Shown here: positions 12,376-23,204 of the stretch, piece after piece
How the letters are laid out: the number at the start of each line of letters is the position of its first letter
Numbering within the stretch: the stretch's first letter is position 1
From: Octopus vulgaris
Taxonomy: Eukaryota
Reading direction: 5' to 3'
Assembly (NCBI GenBank): GCA_951406725.2
Contig: OX597837.1
Coordinates: 22,630,001-22,694,000 of the forward strand
Length of the DNA: 64,000 nucleotides
Notes under the pieces: model-generated
What the model was told of the DNA's origin: nothing
Seen by the model: the letters and a program-made list of their open reading frames with translations, nothing else
Databases searched by the model: none
Program-made: the position numbers and the translations under genes

Positions 12376-12417
12376 CCTGGACTGATGATGGGAAAGACCC
12401 AGAAACATGTCTTCAGG
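12376..12417 (+). ncRNA. Minimal type I hammerhead ribozyme with canonical core
   Basis: cctgga-CTGATGA-tggg aaaga ccca-GAAAC AT GTC-ttcagg; stem I 6 bp (one G-U), stem II 4 bp, palindromic ACATGT stem III; predicted cleavage after GUC at 12411; lies in a ~170-bp element (12300-12468) between (TA)n tracts. Confidence 0.85.
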
Positions 12418-13074
12418 TGCTAATCTTAGCTGGCAGGGGTTATGTTGAGTTGAGAGTATACAACCACTATATATATATATATAGACATACATTCGTACAT
12501 GTATCCACATATGTACATATATGCACATACATTCAAACGTATATGTGCGTATGTATGTATGTATGTATGTACGTACGTATGAATGGTGTGTACGTATGGC
12601 ATTTAATTAGACAAAGCGCTACGTTCTGTTTTGTTTTATCACGATGTACAGTACACATCCTGTGAATGCCCACAGTACGCCATTGTATTCTGCTATTCTG
12701 TATACAGTAACCCCATTTTCAACAGGCATCATGTTATTTACTATAGCAATTGGTCGACTATATTAAAGGGTAATGATGCTACATGTTAGGTATTAAAATA
12801 TTTTCTTAATTTTAACGAAACATTTCTGAGATTATCTCCCTTAGTTCATCATCATCGTTGAACCATAATTTTCAGCGTATAAGACGAACACTCGCGTAAG
12901 ACAAACCCCATTTTCCGTGTAAAATAAGATATTTTGTAGAAAAATAAATTTAATATGCTTCATTATACACTCATTGATAAATCTGCCCGAAATTCTGTCG
13001 TATTAGATGTATGGAAATTTTTTTTGTTACATTTAAGAATTGCGAAAAAAGAACTGTTTTTTGTACACACGCAT

Positions 13075-13497
13075 GGAATCTTTTCGGTTTGAACGGCAGT
13101 TTTTAAAAATAATTTCCACATAACTAAACACTTTTAAACTTCGTATACTTATAGAACGTGTTTATAAAACATCTTTTTCTCTTGGTCTTATTGAGAAAAT
13201 TCTATAGTTTGTAAGATATTTGTTGTTTCTTTTTCTTTAATTTCAGCAATTTTAACCAATCAATGACGTCTATTGAGGTGAAAATACTCTGTGCTGTAGG
13301 AATATGTCCCTCATTTAAGAAACAGATTGGGTTTATTTACATTTGTGAAGAAAAAAAGATACCCTTCCCCCCACTAACCCCAACCCTAACCCTAAAACAG
13401 ATTGAAATGCAATAGATCGATACTAGGGTTATAATTATGTGTGACAATTTCATATGACACCGCTTGAAAAAACTGCCGTTCAAACCGAAAAGATCCC
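13075..13497. mobile_element. Non-autonomous DNA transposon with ~30-bp TIRs and internal CCCTAA-like repeats
   Basis: GGAATCTTTTCGGTTTGAACGGCAGTTTTT / AAAAACTGCCGTTCAAACCGAAAAGATCCC; imperfect 6-bp TSD acgcat/tcgcat; superfamily not assigned. Confidence 0.8.
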
Positions 13498-13676
13498 TCG
13501 CATGTTCAGCAATTGTTGCGAAGTTTTAGCTTTCGTGCCAAGCTGGCTCTGATTGTAAAAACTGATGATCAGATGCATTCTATCTATTGCCATCGTATTT
13601 TTTTTTTCGTTTTATTTTTCTAATTATAGCATATGGGATATTGAAATTTTTTGATATAATATTTTAATCACTTTAC

Positions 13677-13900
13677 CGAAGTCAGTAACAATAGTTGATG
13701 GTATATCGTGGTGTAAGGGAGATAACTGGTTTTGTTATAGCTAAGCAGCTCTGAACGTAATGATTTCCCCTGATTAAAACCTTTGGCCGGGAAATCGGGT
13801 TTACCATTTTGCTCCCGAAAAAAAAAAAAAAAAGGATTTGAAAAATTCACAACAGTTTCTTTTGCTCTTTTCCCGTGAAACGGAGTATTTCTTGGTTTTT
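13677..13900 (-). promoter_or_regulatory. Candidate promoter / non-coding first exon of the gene with the 4468-6501 exon
   Basis: Locally CpG-retaining unique sequence; minus-strand donor-like G/GTAAAG after 13677; TTTCCCGGCCAA (E2F-like) and CAAAATGG (YY1-like) motifs; no transcript evidence. Confidence 0.3.
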
Positions 13901-14069
13901 GTGCAAATATGTATGTCATTATTCAGTTTTATTTCAAGATTTCTTGCTGACAGAGAAAAAGCCGATTTCTAATCTAGACTTTAGTCTCTTTATTGGAATT
14001 TCAACCAGATCAACAGGGCATGTATGTATGTATGTATGTATGCACGCACGCACGCACGCACGCACATGT

Positions 14070-14570
14070 CAGGTCACTTTCGAGTGTTTCTGGTAACATG
14101 TAACCCAGTACAACCTGTTGCATGGTCGGGTCGTCAGCGACAACCCAATCGGCAACCCAACCCCACCAAGCTTGCTTGGTGAGGAGGGTGTTTATTGGAC
14201 ACCCTGCGGGATGAAAAACAAAACCCGTCAAAGGGCGGAGGAACTCTTGAGAGTCAACGGCCATCCAATAAATGTCTTAAGGCTGTATCATGCGTAGGGA
14301 CATAGAAATAATCGGACTGAATACCCGATTGCACAGTTAAACCATTGGGAGTGAAGGACTCCTAGCCTTTGTTAGGGCATCCTTCTAGGAGAACGTAACT
14401 CAGGTAACAGGGATAACTCCGACATAAAACCTGCGGCTCAGTGGTTACCGATAATGTTGACTTGTTCTTCTTTTCGGATTATGGCTGCTGTTGCTTAGTG
14501 AGTGGGATTGACTCAGTGCACAGCCTTTCCTCACTTAAAAAAAAAATCTTGCACAGGCATTGCACAATAA
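14070..14570 (+). mobile_element. Probable isolated RTE-LINE 5' UTR fragment
   Basis: GC-richer structured segment with ttagggcatccttctaggagaacgtaactc and aacccgtcaaagggcggaggaactc, resembling RTE 5' UTR motifs recalled from memory; no ORF follows. Confidence 0.4.
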
Positions 14571-15066
14571 CAACATTGATTAAGCTTTGTGCAATGGCCA
14601 TACTCGATAACGAGGCGGCAGCCACCATGTATGTTGTGGTGTTATGGGCTGTGATGAGCTATGTGGTGTTGGTGGAGAGGATTGCAGATGAGGTAGACGG
14701 AAATGAAGACTGCAGGGGCCTGTGGGACAGCCATGGGTATGCGTGGGGAGGAAGCACATGCAGTCAGTGCGAGCAAAGACGGCAGCGTGCGAGATAGTTG
14801 ACAGTGATAATAAGAGGAAGAAATGAAGATGAGTAAAGAGAGAAAAGAAGCAGATATGTGAAGAGAAAGACAAGTAGAAATAGATAGGGAATGTTTCGCA
14901 AACTAGAGGGGGAAAGAAGCCGAGAGGAGCAGGACAGAAAATGAAGACAATATCGGCCAAATGTTGACCACTGAGTATGAACACATATAATATATATATA
15001 TACATACACAGGCATAAAGAGTGAGACAGAGAAAGATTTTGAATTTCTGTTGAATACAACAACATA

Positions 15067-15231
15067 GGCGCAGGAGTGGCTGTGTGGTAAGTAGCTTGCT
15101 AACCAACCACATGGTTCCGGGTTCAGTCCCACTGCGTGGCATCTTGGGCAAGTGTCTTCTGCTATAGCCCCGGGTCAAGCAATGCCTTGTGAGTGGATTT
15201 GGTAGGCGGAAACTGAAAGAAGCCTGTCGTA

Positions 15232-15285
<54 letters not shown>

Positions 15286-15500
15286 TGTGTGTGTGTTTGT
15301 CCCCCTAGCATTGCTTGACAACCAATGCTGGTGTGTTTACGTCCCTGTCACTTAGCGGTTCGGCAAAAGAGACCGATAGAATAAGTACTGGGCTTACAAA
15401 AAGAATAAGTCCCGGGGTCGAGTTGCTCGACTAAAGGCGGTGCTCCAGCATGGCCGCAGTCAAATGACTGAAACAAGTAAAAGAGTAAAGAGTAAGAGTA
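15067..15500 (+). mobile_element. Full-length tRNA-derived SINE, family 1 (internal (TA)n/(TG)n, gtaaaagagtaa tail)
   Basis: Head GGCGCAGGAGTGGCTGTGTGGTAAG...GGTTCAGTCCC; near-identical copies listed below. Confidence 0.9.
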
Positions 15501-15934
15501 TAGCAGATGATTAAAAAGGGCAGACACAAGAAAGAAAAAAGAAATAAAGGATCACGTTTAAGGCCACTGAATTGTAACAAAAGAACTCTGGTCGAACAAA
15601 AACCTGAAAAATAAATAGTGAACATCAAATAAATAGTGCTTGTGTTTTAATAGGCAAAACCAGCAACACGACCCTCCCATCCAATATGTTTCAAAAGACG
15701 ATAGGCCATACTGGAGCACCGTCTTTTATTTGAATTATTCTTTGGAAGCCTCGTATTTATTCTATCGCCTCTTTTTCTGAACCGCCAAGTTACAGGCGCA
15801 TAATCGCATCAGCATTAGTTATCAAGCGATGGTGGGGTGACATACAGACACACATATACATACATTCGTATGTATATACATGTGTGTATGTGTGCTTGCA
15901 TATGTACCTACCTACCTCTCTCTCTCTCTCTCTG

Positions 15935-15968
<34 letters not shown>

Positions 15969-15971
<3 letters not shown>

Positions 15972-16005
15972 TTCTTTCGTCACACTTGTGTGACCTCATC
16001 AGTGT
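15969..16005 (-). ncRNA. Minimal hammerhead ribozyme motif; 3' strand of stem I replaced by a (TC)n microsatellite
   Basis: Minus strand aca-CTGATGA-g-gtcacac aa gtgtgac-GAAAG AA CTC; intact core and strong stem II, but stem I cannot form properly. Confidence 0.6.
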
Positions 16006-16854
16006 TTTTCGCTTTCTTCCATGTGCTGCCTCTTTCTAATGATCTGCCTTGCGATTTGACTTCTATTTTTATCAATGTCAGCCCCTAGTGGGTAGCTTCA
16101 GAAATCTATAATATACACACATATATACATATACACTGTAAAGGGGTTGGTGTTAGGTAGGGCATTCAGCCACGAAAACCTTGCCAAACTAGATGGGAAC
16201 TGGTAGCCTTTGGCTTCTAGCCTTGTCGAACTGTACAACCTATGCCAATATGGTAAGCAGACGTTAAATGATGATGAATATATATAATATTTATAATGTA
16301 TAATATATATATTTATGTATATATAGGTGCGTACTTGTATCTCCCTCTCTCTCTCTCTCTCTCTTATATATATATATATATATTAAGTATAGGAAAGAAT
16401 TTCCGCACTAAGGCACGGATTTTATGCCCTATGGTCGTAACTTCAACCGTGCCCTTTCTGTTGTGAGTTTGCTACCCAGGTATCGGTTATCTTTCGAATT
16501 ATCCGTAATAAGATAATTCATTTGTCTACTTAAATAATTATATATATATATATATATGTGATAATATACGGTAAAACCATATAACTGGAGGAGAGCTTAC
16601 TCTACAGGTAGAGAAGTGGGTAAATATAAATAGACCTCGTAACGATACCAGCAAAAAAATGGTTTCACGGCGAATTGGGGCCCCGGGTGACCTTAGTAAA
16701 GTCTCAGAGTTTTGAAAAGCATGTGACAACGCAACAGCAAAGTTTATGGCAAAGAGAGTGGGTGCATCAAGGTCTACTTGCTTTACTCCCTTTCCCACAG
16801 AAAAAAGATTAAGAGCACCTACCATCAGAGTTAACTCTAGCCTTCATATCTTGA

Positions 16855-17030
16855 TGCAAAGCCTTGATCATGCTTACAAATTTTTCGGGGCAACCTATTT
16901 TCCTTAGAATTAGACACGGAGCATTTCAATTAACAATATAGAATGCTTTGCTCAAATCAACAAAGCAATAGTATAGAGCAAGATTCTGTTCAATGCACTT
17001 TTCTTGTAATTGTCTGACAGTAAAGATACA
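16855..17030 (-). mobile_element. RTE-type reverse transcriptase fragment
   Basis: Minus frame IFTVRQLQEKCIEQNLALYIAFVDLSKAF...LRKIGCPEKFVSMIKAL. Confidence 0.8.
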
Positions 17031-17107
17031 ATATATATGTGTATGTGTGTGTGTGTATATATATATATTTTTGTTTCTCTCCTTGTTTCTTTCCTTGTTT
17101 TTTCTGT

Positions 17108-17149
17108 GTCCCTTTCCGTAGAAGAGCGTAGGCTCGAAACGTAAAAGAC
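17108..17149 (+). ncRNA. Hammerhead-like motif with variant core in a short element within (TA)n/(TG)n
   Basis: cttt-CCGTAGA-a-gagc gtag gctc-GAAACGTA-aaag; stems I and II and palindromic ACGT stem III are present; core differs from CUGANGA. Confidence 0.5.
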
Positions 17150-17320
17150 TTCTTCTATTCCTGAGCGTTATACTAATACATCTGTTTGTTTTCTACACCA
17201 CCTGTCTTCGTCTTTTGTTTTTTTTGTAAACTTTCCCCATATATATATATTGAGCTGTATGTGTATATATGTGTGTGTGTGTGTGTATGTGTGTGTGTAT
17301 ATATATATATATATTGAGCT

Positions 17321-17367
<47 letters not shown>

Positions 17368-17950
17368 GGTGTGTATATATATATGTGTGTGTGTATGTAT
17401 ATATGTATGTGTGTGTGTATATATATATGTATGTGTGTATATGTATATACACACAGGTGTATCTCATCTTAGTGTTATGTCTTTTGCGACCTTGTCATTT
17501 TTATTAAAATAAATTAATGGTAAAAATATTTCACAACTTCAGTTTATGTGTCTGACTTAATGTCCATCTCAGAGAACATATTTAAAAGCATAAAAATTTT
17601 AAAAAATCTACTTAAAACCAACACTGAAATATAAAAAGCAAGTAAAATACACATGGAAATATGTACAAACTATTTATTAAATCAGATATAAGCTAATAAA
17701 TTTTTTAGAATGTCTTTCCATGTTATATCATTTTTCAAGTTAAGTTGCATGTCTTGGAACCAATAACCAACATAAGTTGAAGTATGCTTGTTTATGTTGA
17801 GGTATATGCAAGGTTACTGTAAAGTTCCTGGTTTTAAGGGCATTGCAGAAGGACTGGTTGGAGGCCCAACCTTCCAAGTTCTTTAACAGGGTTTAGAAAA
17901 ATTTCGTTGGTATATGAGGTCAAACAGACAGGCTTAAAGCTTTTAGAACT

Positions 17951-18950
17951 CTGAGATTGTAGCTACTAGAGTAAGAATGACCTGGGCAAAGTTCAGAGAG
18001 CTCCAACCTCTGCTGGTGACAAAGGGCCTCTTGCTCAGAGTAAAAGGTAGAGTGTATGAAGCATGTGTGCAAACAGCCATGCTACATGGCAATGAAACAT
18101 GGGCTGTGACTGCTGAGAATATGCATAAGCTTGCAAGGAATGAAGCTAGTATGCTCCGATGGATGTGTAATGTCAGTGTGCATACATGACAGAGTGTAAG
18201 TGCCCTGAGAGAAACATTGGACATAAGCATCAGATGTGGTGTGCAAGAGAGATGACTGCACTGGTATGGGCATGTGTATGGATGAGGATAGCTATGTGAA
18301 AAAGTGTCACACTCTAGCAGTAGAAGGAACCAGTGGAAGAGGTAGACACAGGAAGACCTGGGATGAGGTGGTGAAGCACAACCTTCGAATGTTGGGCCTC
18401 ATGGAGGTAATGACAAGTGATTGAGACCTTTGAAGCTATGCTGTGCTTGAGAAGACCCAGCAAACCAAGTGAGACTGTAACTGTGGCCTATGCCAGTTCA
18501 GCATAACTTGCCCATTCAAGAGTACCCTTCAATCATTGAGCAATAAACTGCACTTGCAAAGACCTGTTGAGTCAAGTGAAGTCATTGTTGTGGCTGATGA
18601 CAGTACCACCTGATTGGCACCCATGCAGGTAGCAGATAAAATGTACCATTCAAGCGTGGTTGATGCCAGTGCCACCTGATTGGTTCTGTGCCGGTGGCAC
18701 GTAAAAAGCACCATTCGAGTATGGTCGATGTCAGTGCCAGCTGACTGGTCCTGTGCTGGTGGCACGTAAAAAGTACCCACTACACTCTTGGAGTATTTGG
18801 CATTAGGAAGGGCATCCAGCTGCAGAAACTTTGCCAGATCAGTTTGAAGTCTGGTACAGCCTTCTGGCTTGCCAGCCCTCAGACAGACTGTCCAACCCAT
18901 GCCAGCATGGAAAGTGGACATTAAACAACAATGAGGATGATGATGATGAA
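17951..18950 (+). mobile_element. 5'-truncated RTE LINE
   Basis: ORFs 17977..18189 (WAKFRELQPLL...MLHGNETWAV) and 18236..18424 (GRGRHRKTWDEVV); (GAT)n tail at ~18935-18950. Confidence 0.9.
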
Positions 18951-19029
18951 GATGGGTTATCTCACCTGAATCAGAGGGGGAAAACCCCTTATAGACCTGA
19001 AGAGGCCTAACTAGTAAATGGGGAGATCC

Positions 19030-19660
19030 AATTTTCCAGTAAACCCTTGAAGTGGATACATCTTGAAAACATTTCTTTGCGGCTGTTTAATGCTCCAGGT
19101 TTCTTACAGTCCTTAAGAATTTTGGCTCTTTCTGCAATGCAGATCTTGCAACGGCCACTTTCATTAATATACAGGCCTGGATGATCAATTAATTTCTACC
19201 TGATATCACATGGGGTCCTGGATAGGTCATTATTTCTAGGAGTACTGTTTGAACTGGTGGTAATATACATTGCGGGTCTGGTCACTCTATCTATGGTTTG
19301 TTCATTATCCATGGTGGTATACCGCGGTCTTTGGTGACGCTCTCTGTGATGCTGGTCCTGGACTGGTTTATATCTCTGGGTGTGGCAACTATATTGGCAT
19401 GAGAATTAGTTAATCTACTTATAATATTGCTGTTTGATGGTACATTACTGTTAATGTGGACATCAGGTCTAGGTATCACCATAGCCGCATAGATGACCCT
19501 TTCAGACTTGCATTGGTCTCCTACTGGACAGTTATTATATACCCTGCAAGAGCAACCTGCCTCTTCCCTTGTATTGTAGGTACTTGCTAAAATGTTTTTT
19601 ATGTTAGGTGCACAACTAAAGGAGACTCTTAGGTTATGTCTGTTAAATAAATGCCTGTAT
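19030..19660 (-). mobile_element. Degenerate Penelope-like element ORF C-terminus (linker and GIY-YIG endonuclease region)
   Basis: Minus frame LFNRHNLRVSFSCAPNIKNILAS...CSCRVYNNCPVGDQCKSERVIYAAMV, then after frameshifts SGRCKICIAEK and ILKDCKKPGALNSRKEMFSRCIH; fits PLE motifs SYSCxPN, CxC-CP-C-VIY, CxxC-EK and LN-R-E-SKC-H. Confidence 0.75.
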
Positions 19661-19851
19661 CTATCTATGTGTGTGTGTGTGTATATTTATGTATGTGCAT
19701 CTTTGTTTGTCCCCTGCCATTTCTTGACAACCAATATTAGTGAGTTTATGTCCCCATAACTTAGTGGTTTGGTAAAAGAGACTGATAGAATGAGTACTAG
19801 GCTTACAAAGAATAAGTCCTGGGGGTCGATTTCTTCAACTAGAACCCTTAA

Positions 19852-20070
19852 CCCTTTAGTATCTAAACCGGCCATATCCGGCCAAAATAGTTAATCTGTT
19901 TTATGTTCAAACTGACCAGATCCAGGCTCTCACACCTACCCTACAATGTTATTCTACATTAAGTAATTACATCATCAAGATCTTGAAGACATGAGATAAT
20001 GCATGATTAATTCAAATCAATGGGAATCAATAGGCATTATGTTTGATAGAATAATCAGAACACTAAAGGG
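19852..20070. mobile_element. piggyBac-type MITE, family B, nested in a family-1 SINE (19680-20135)
   Basis: TTAA-CCCTTTAG...CTAAAGGG-TTAA; copies at ~38355-38560, ~41230-41455, ~43606-43808, ~44772-44999, ~47760-47975 and ~51749-51977. Confidence 0.85.
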
Positions 20071-20244
20071 TTAAAGGCGGTGCTCCAGCATGGTCACAGT
20101 CAAATGACTGAAACATGTAAAAGAATAAAAGAATATGCTGACGTCAGGCAGTTAGTGACATATCATTCTTGTGATCAGCTTTATCAAAGCTGAGATGTAT
20201 TGTATCCAGATTTAAATATCTGAACTACTGTTTCAGCACACAGC

Positions 20245-20667
20245 TCTTACTCTTTTACTCTTTTACTTGTTTCAGTCATTTGACTGCGGCTATGCTGGAG
20301 CACCGCCTTTAGTCGAGCAAATCGACCCCGGGACTTATTCTTTGTAAGCCCAGTACTTATTCTATCGGTCTCTTTTGCCGAACCGCTAAGTGACGGGGAC
20401 GTAAACACACCAGCATCGGTTGTCGAGCAATGCTAGGGGGACAAACACAGACACACAAACATATACACACACGCATATATATATATATATATATATACAT
20501 ATATACGACAGGCTTCTTTCAGTTTCCGTCTACCAAATCCACTCACAAGGCATTGGTCGGCCCGGGGCTCTAGCAGAAGACACTTGCCCAAGATGCCACG
20601 CAGTGGGACTGAACCCGGAACCATGTGGTTGGTTAGCAAGCTACTTACCACACAGCCACTCCTGCGC
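20245..20667 (-). mobile_element. Full-length SINE, family 1
   Basis: Reverse complement of the 15067-15500 copy. Confidence 0.9.
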
Positions 20668-20699
20668 CTATAATCAATAATTATGTAAAGGATCTCCTT

Positions 20700-20990
20700 C
20701 ATGGACAGAAGTCATGCTCTATGTCAGTGGACAAGCCACTTTCTTCTAGAAACACAATCAGTTTGCTTTTGACAATGCATTCCATAACTGTGTTGATATA
20801 TGAGGTCAAACAGACAGGCCTAAAGCTTTTAGAACTTGCTCTATTTCCTCCTTTTTGGGAAGCTCGAGAAAAGTACCTGCTATGGTTTTGCCAGAGCTTT
20901 CTTGCATGTCTTTAAAAATATTACTGGAAAACCATCAGAGCCTGTTGCTGAGTTTAAGCTCAGCTCATTAGTGGCTGATATTACATTATC
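20700..20990 (-). mobile_element. Degenerate CR1/L2-like RT fragment
   Basis: Minus frame SATGSDGFPVIFLK and GGNRASSKSFRPVCLTSYI (GPDG and NYRPISLTS motifs). Confidence 0.6.
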
Positions 20991-21093
20991 CCCTTTTATA
21001 TCTACATAATTGACAGTTGTCCCTTCCCTAAGAAGAGCTGCCAACATGTTAGCTGTGTCAAGTTAGTATTATTTGTCCTATGAACATCATCTT

Positions 21094-21500
21094 AGTAAGT
21101 TAAGTTAAGTTAAGTTAAATTTTGGCTCAAAAAGCAAAAAGCAAGGCCATGTAGGGGGACATGGAGTTATGTACAATGAGGGTGTTCATGCAAAGAGTTC
21201 AGGCCATTTCTGGTCAAGAGAGACTTTGAACCGAGTGGTCGTCGGCATCTTCACTATCTCGTCTGGCAGCTTATTCCACGGATCCGCAACCCGGACAGAG
21301 AAAGCCCCTCTCCTTCGATTGAGATGAAATCGTCGCAGATAGAGTTTTTTGGAGTGACCCCGCACCTGATGCTCTGGAGCAGGAGTGAAGAACAGCTCTT
21401 TCGAGAGGTTACACTTTCCGCTTATGATGTTGTGAGCAAGAATGAGATCACCACGGCGTTGTCGTTTTTAGATTCTGTTCATGATGTGACATTCCTGAAA
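21094..21500 (-). mobile_element. CR1-like LINE 3' end with (TAACT)n tail
   Basis: Minus frame RGHSKKLYLRRFHLNRRRGAFSVRVADPWNKLPDEIV...FKVSLD; plus-strand (aagtt)n at 21095-21118. Confidence 0.85.
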
Positions 21501-22453
21501 TTATGTTGCTCTGGAACATTGGAAGTTGAGGAAGTTCAAGTTATCCAACAGAAGTAAATTAACATGTTAATTTAGTTAGAATATCCTTTACACTTTGAAA
21601 GCTTACTACAAATTCACCTTTGTAATGTGAGGTATCATGTGAATGATATGATATGTACATATTAGCACATCTAGTGGCTTTATATGTATTGTTTTGTATA
21701 CGGAAATTAAATTTTAAGTGCTTAGACATGCCAACAATAGTTCAGCAATTTTGCTCAGGAAACTTTTCTCTCACACACTCTCCTCAATTTGGATGACAAA
21801 GTTCTGTAAATACTGAGCTTCTGAAATCCCTAGTTGAAGAAAATCTAAAGCAAACTACATCAGAATTAACAAAGCAGTTCAAGTCAAGTCATGCTTTGAA
21901 TATAAAATACCTTCACAAACAAGGAAACCTGTCTATGTTCTGTAGGACCCTCATCTTCTGAATTCTTCTCAGCTTAATCAATGAGTTTCCCTCTGCTTGA
22001 TATTGAAGAGTAGACTTGCTACCAATCCTTTCTTGGGTAGAATCATCACATTTGATGGAAAGTATTCCCTACAATCATATTCAACTAAAATGATAATGGT
22101 TAGCATCCAATGAGAAAAGAAGAATCCATCCCCAAACCAGGACACACCTGAAAAAGTTATACTTTGTATTTGGTGCAATGTGAAGAGTATTGTCCATTGG
22201 AAGCATTGCACAAAAATTTGCAGAAAAACACCCATCATTGGTCAACTGTAAAGGAGTATTGTGCATACAAATCAATTCAAGATTACATATTGTCCAAGTC
22301 ACTTGAGAAAAGATTATAACATCTCCTTACTCTCTTGACATCGCTTCATCTGATTATCCTCTCAGATCATTGCAACATTAATTAAAAAGTAAACAATTTA
22401 TTAATCGTGAAGTGGTTAAAAATTATATTTTGTGCTTCTATGCTTTGAAACCG

Positions 22454-22720
22454 TTAATATGTTGTTATAGACTGAGTCTGAATGTGACAACAGAGTAAAG
22501 GCCTTGACATCTTCACAAATGTGCTAAGCAACTCGACCATGACTTCACTCTTTCCTGTCTGAAAGAAATAAAACATGCTTGGATATGTGTCTGTAGCAAT
22601 GTCTATAGATAAGTGTGTTTCTGTAAGGGTTATGCACACTGCATGTTTGCATGCAAAAACGTCTCTCAGAAAACGGATTTTGCCTATGTTATAGAACAGT
22701 AATAACAAGTCTTTGATGGT
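22454..22720 (-). mobile_element. Degenerate LINE APE-endonuclease N-terminus
   Basis: LFYNIGKIRFLRDVF...CITLTETHL matches the APE N-terminal ITETxL motif. Confidence 0.55.
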
Positions 22721-22888
22721 CAATGGCCGGTGAAAAACTCAACAGGCTTATTTATTTGCATATCTCCCAGTAGAAAAATGAAAACACTTTTGAACTGTTA
22801 ATCTAGTATTTCGTTTTTCCTTTTGAGGGTCTGTGGTCTTCAGTTAGTGAGCCATTTTCTTCAAACTGTGGTCCTAACATATTTATGT

Positions 22889-22927
<39 letters not shown>

Positions 22928-23087
22928 TATATATAAATATATATGTGCATATATATATATTTTAAGAAATATTGTTAAATGTTTTTTGATTATTTATAGC
23001 TAATACACGTATTTTTATATATTTATTTGATAATTAGTATAAGTTAAGATAAGTACATTTATTCTATTACTATTTATTTATTATTTT

Positions 23088-23204
23088 AGACCTGATGAGT
23101 GACTATATTTTTAAATAGAATTAATTTTAGATCGATCTAATTTTAAATCGAATTGATTTTATTATTATCTATTTGAAAATATAGCCATGAAACGTGCGTA
23201 GTCT
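23088..23204 (+). ncRNA. Type I hammerhead ribozyme with intact core and ~90-nt stem II domain, in an AT-rich element (~22960-23340) beside (TA)n
   Basis: agac-CTGATGA(23092-23098)-gtgactatatttttaaataga...tctatttgaaaatatagccat-GAAAC(23189-23193) gtgc GTA(23198-23200)-gtct; basal stem II ~21 bp; a 5'-half copy lies at ~24975-25065. Confidence 0.75.

Noticed and set aside
13374-13395. Telomeric (CCCTAA)n
   Set aside because: Only about three imperfect units inside a TIR element, not a chromosome end or true interstitial array
14075-14140. Minus-strand CTGACGA...GAAACAC hammerhead, or HDV-like ribozyme
   Set aside because: No U at position 16.1 and no consistent stems; HDV P1/P3/L3 could not be fitted
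17168-17512. ORFs rich in YI/HT/CV repeats (also ~27850-28236, 31821-33095, 56370-56687, 62533-62913)
   Set aside because: Translations of (TA)n/(CA)n microsatellites
18993-19010. agacCTGAAGAggcc hammerhead half next to the PLE fragment
   Set aside because: No matching stem II 3' strand or GAAAC..NUH found
19030-19660. Selenocysteine-type (in-frame UGA) PLE
   Set aside because: The conserved Cys positions are ordinary TGT/TGC codons
22795-22850. Minus-strand CTGAAGA...GAAAT motif (similar case at ~55400-55440)
   Set aside because: Stem I and stem II do not pair
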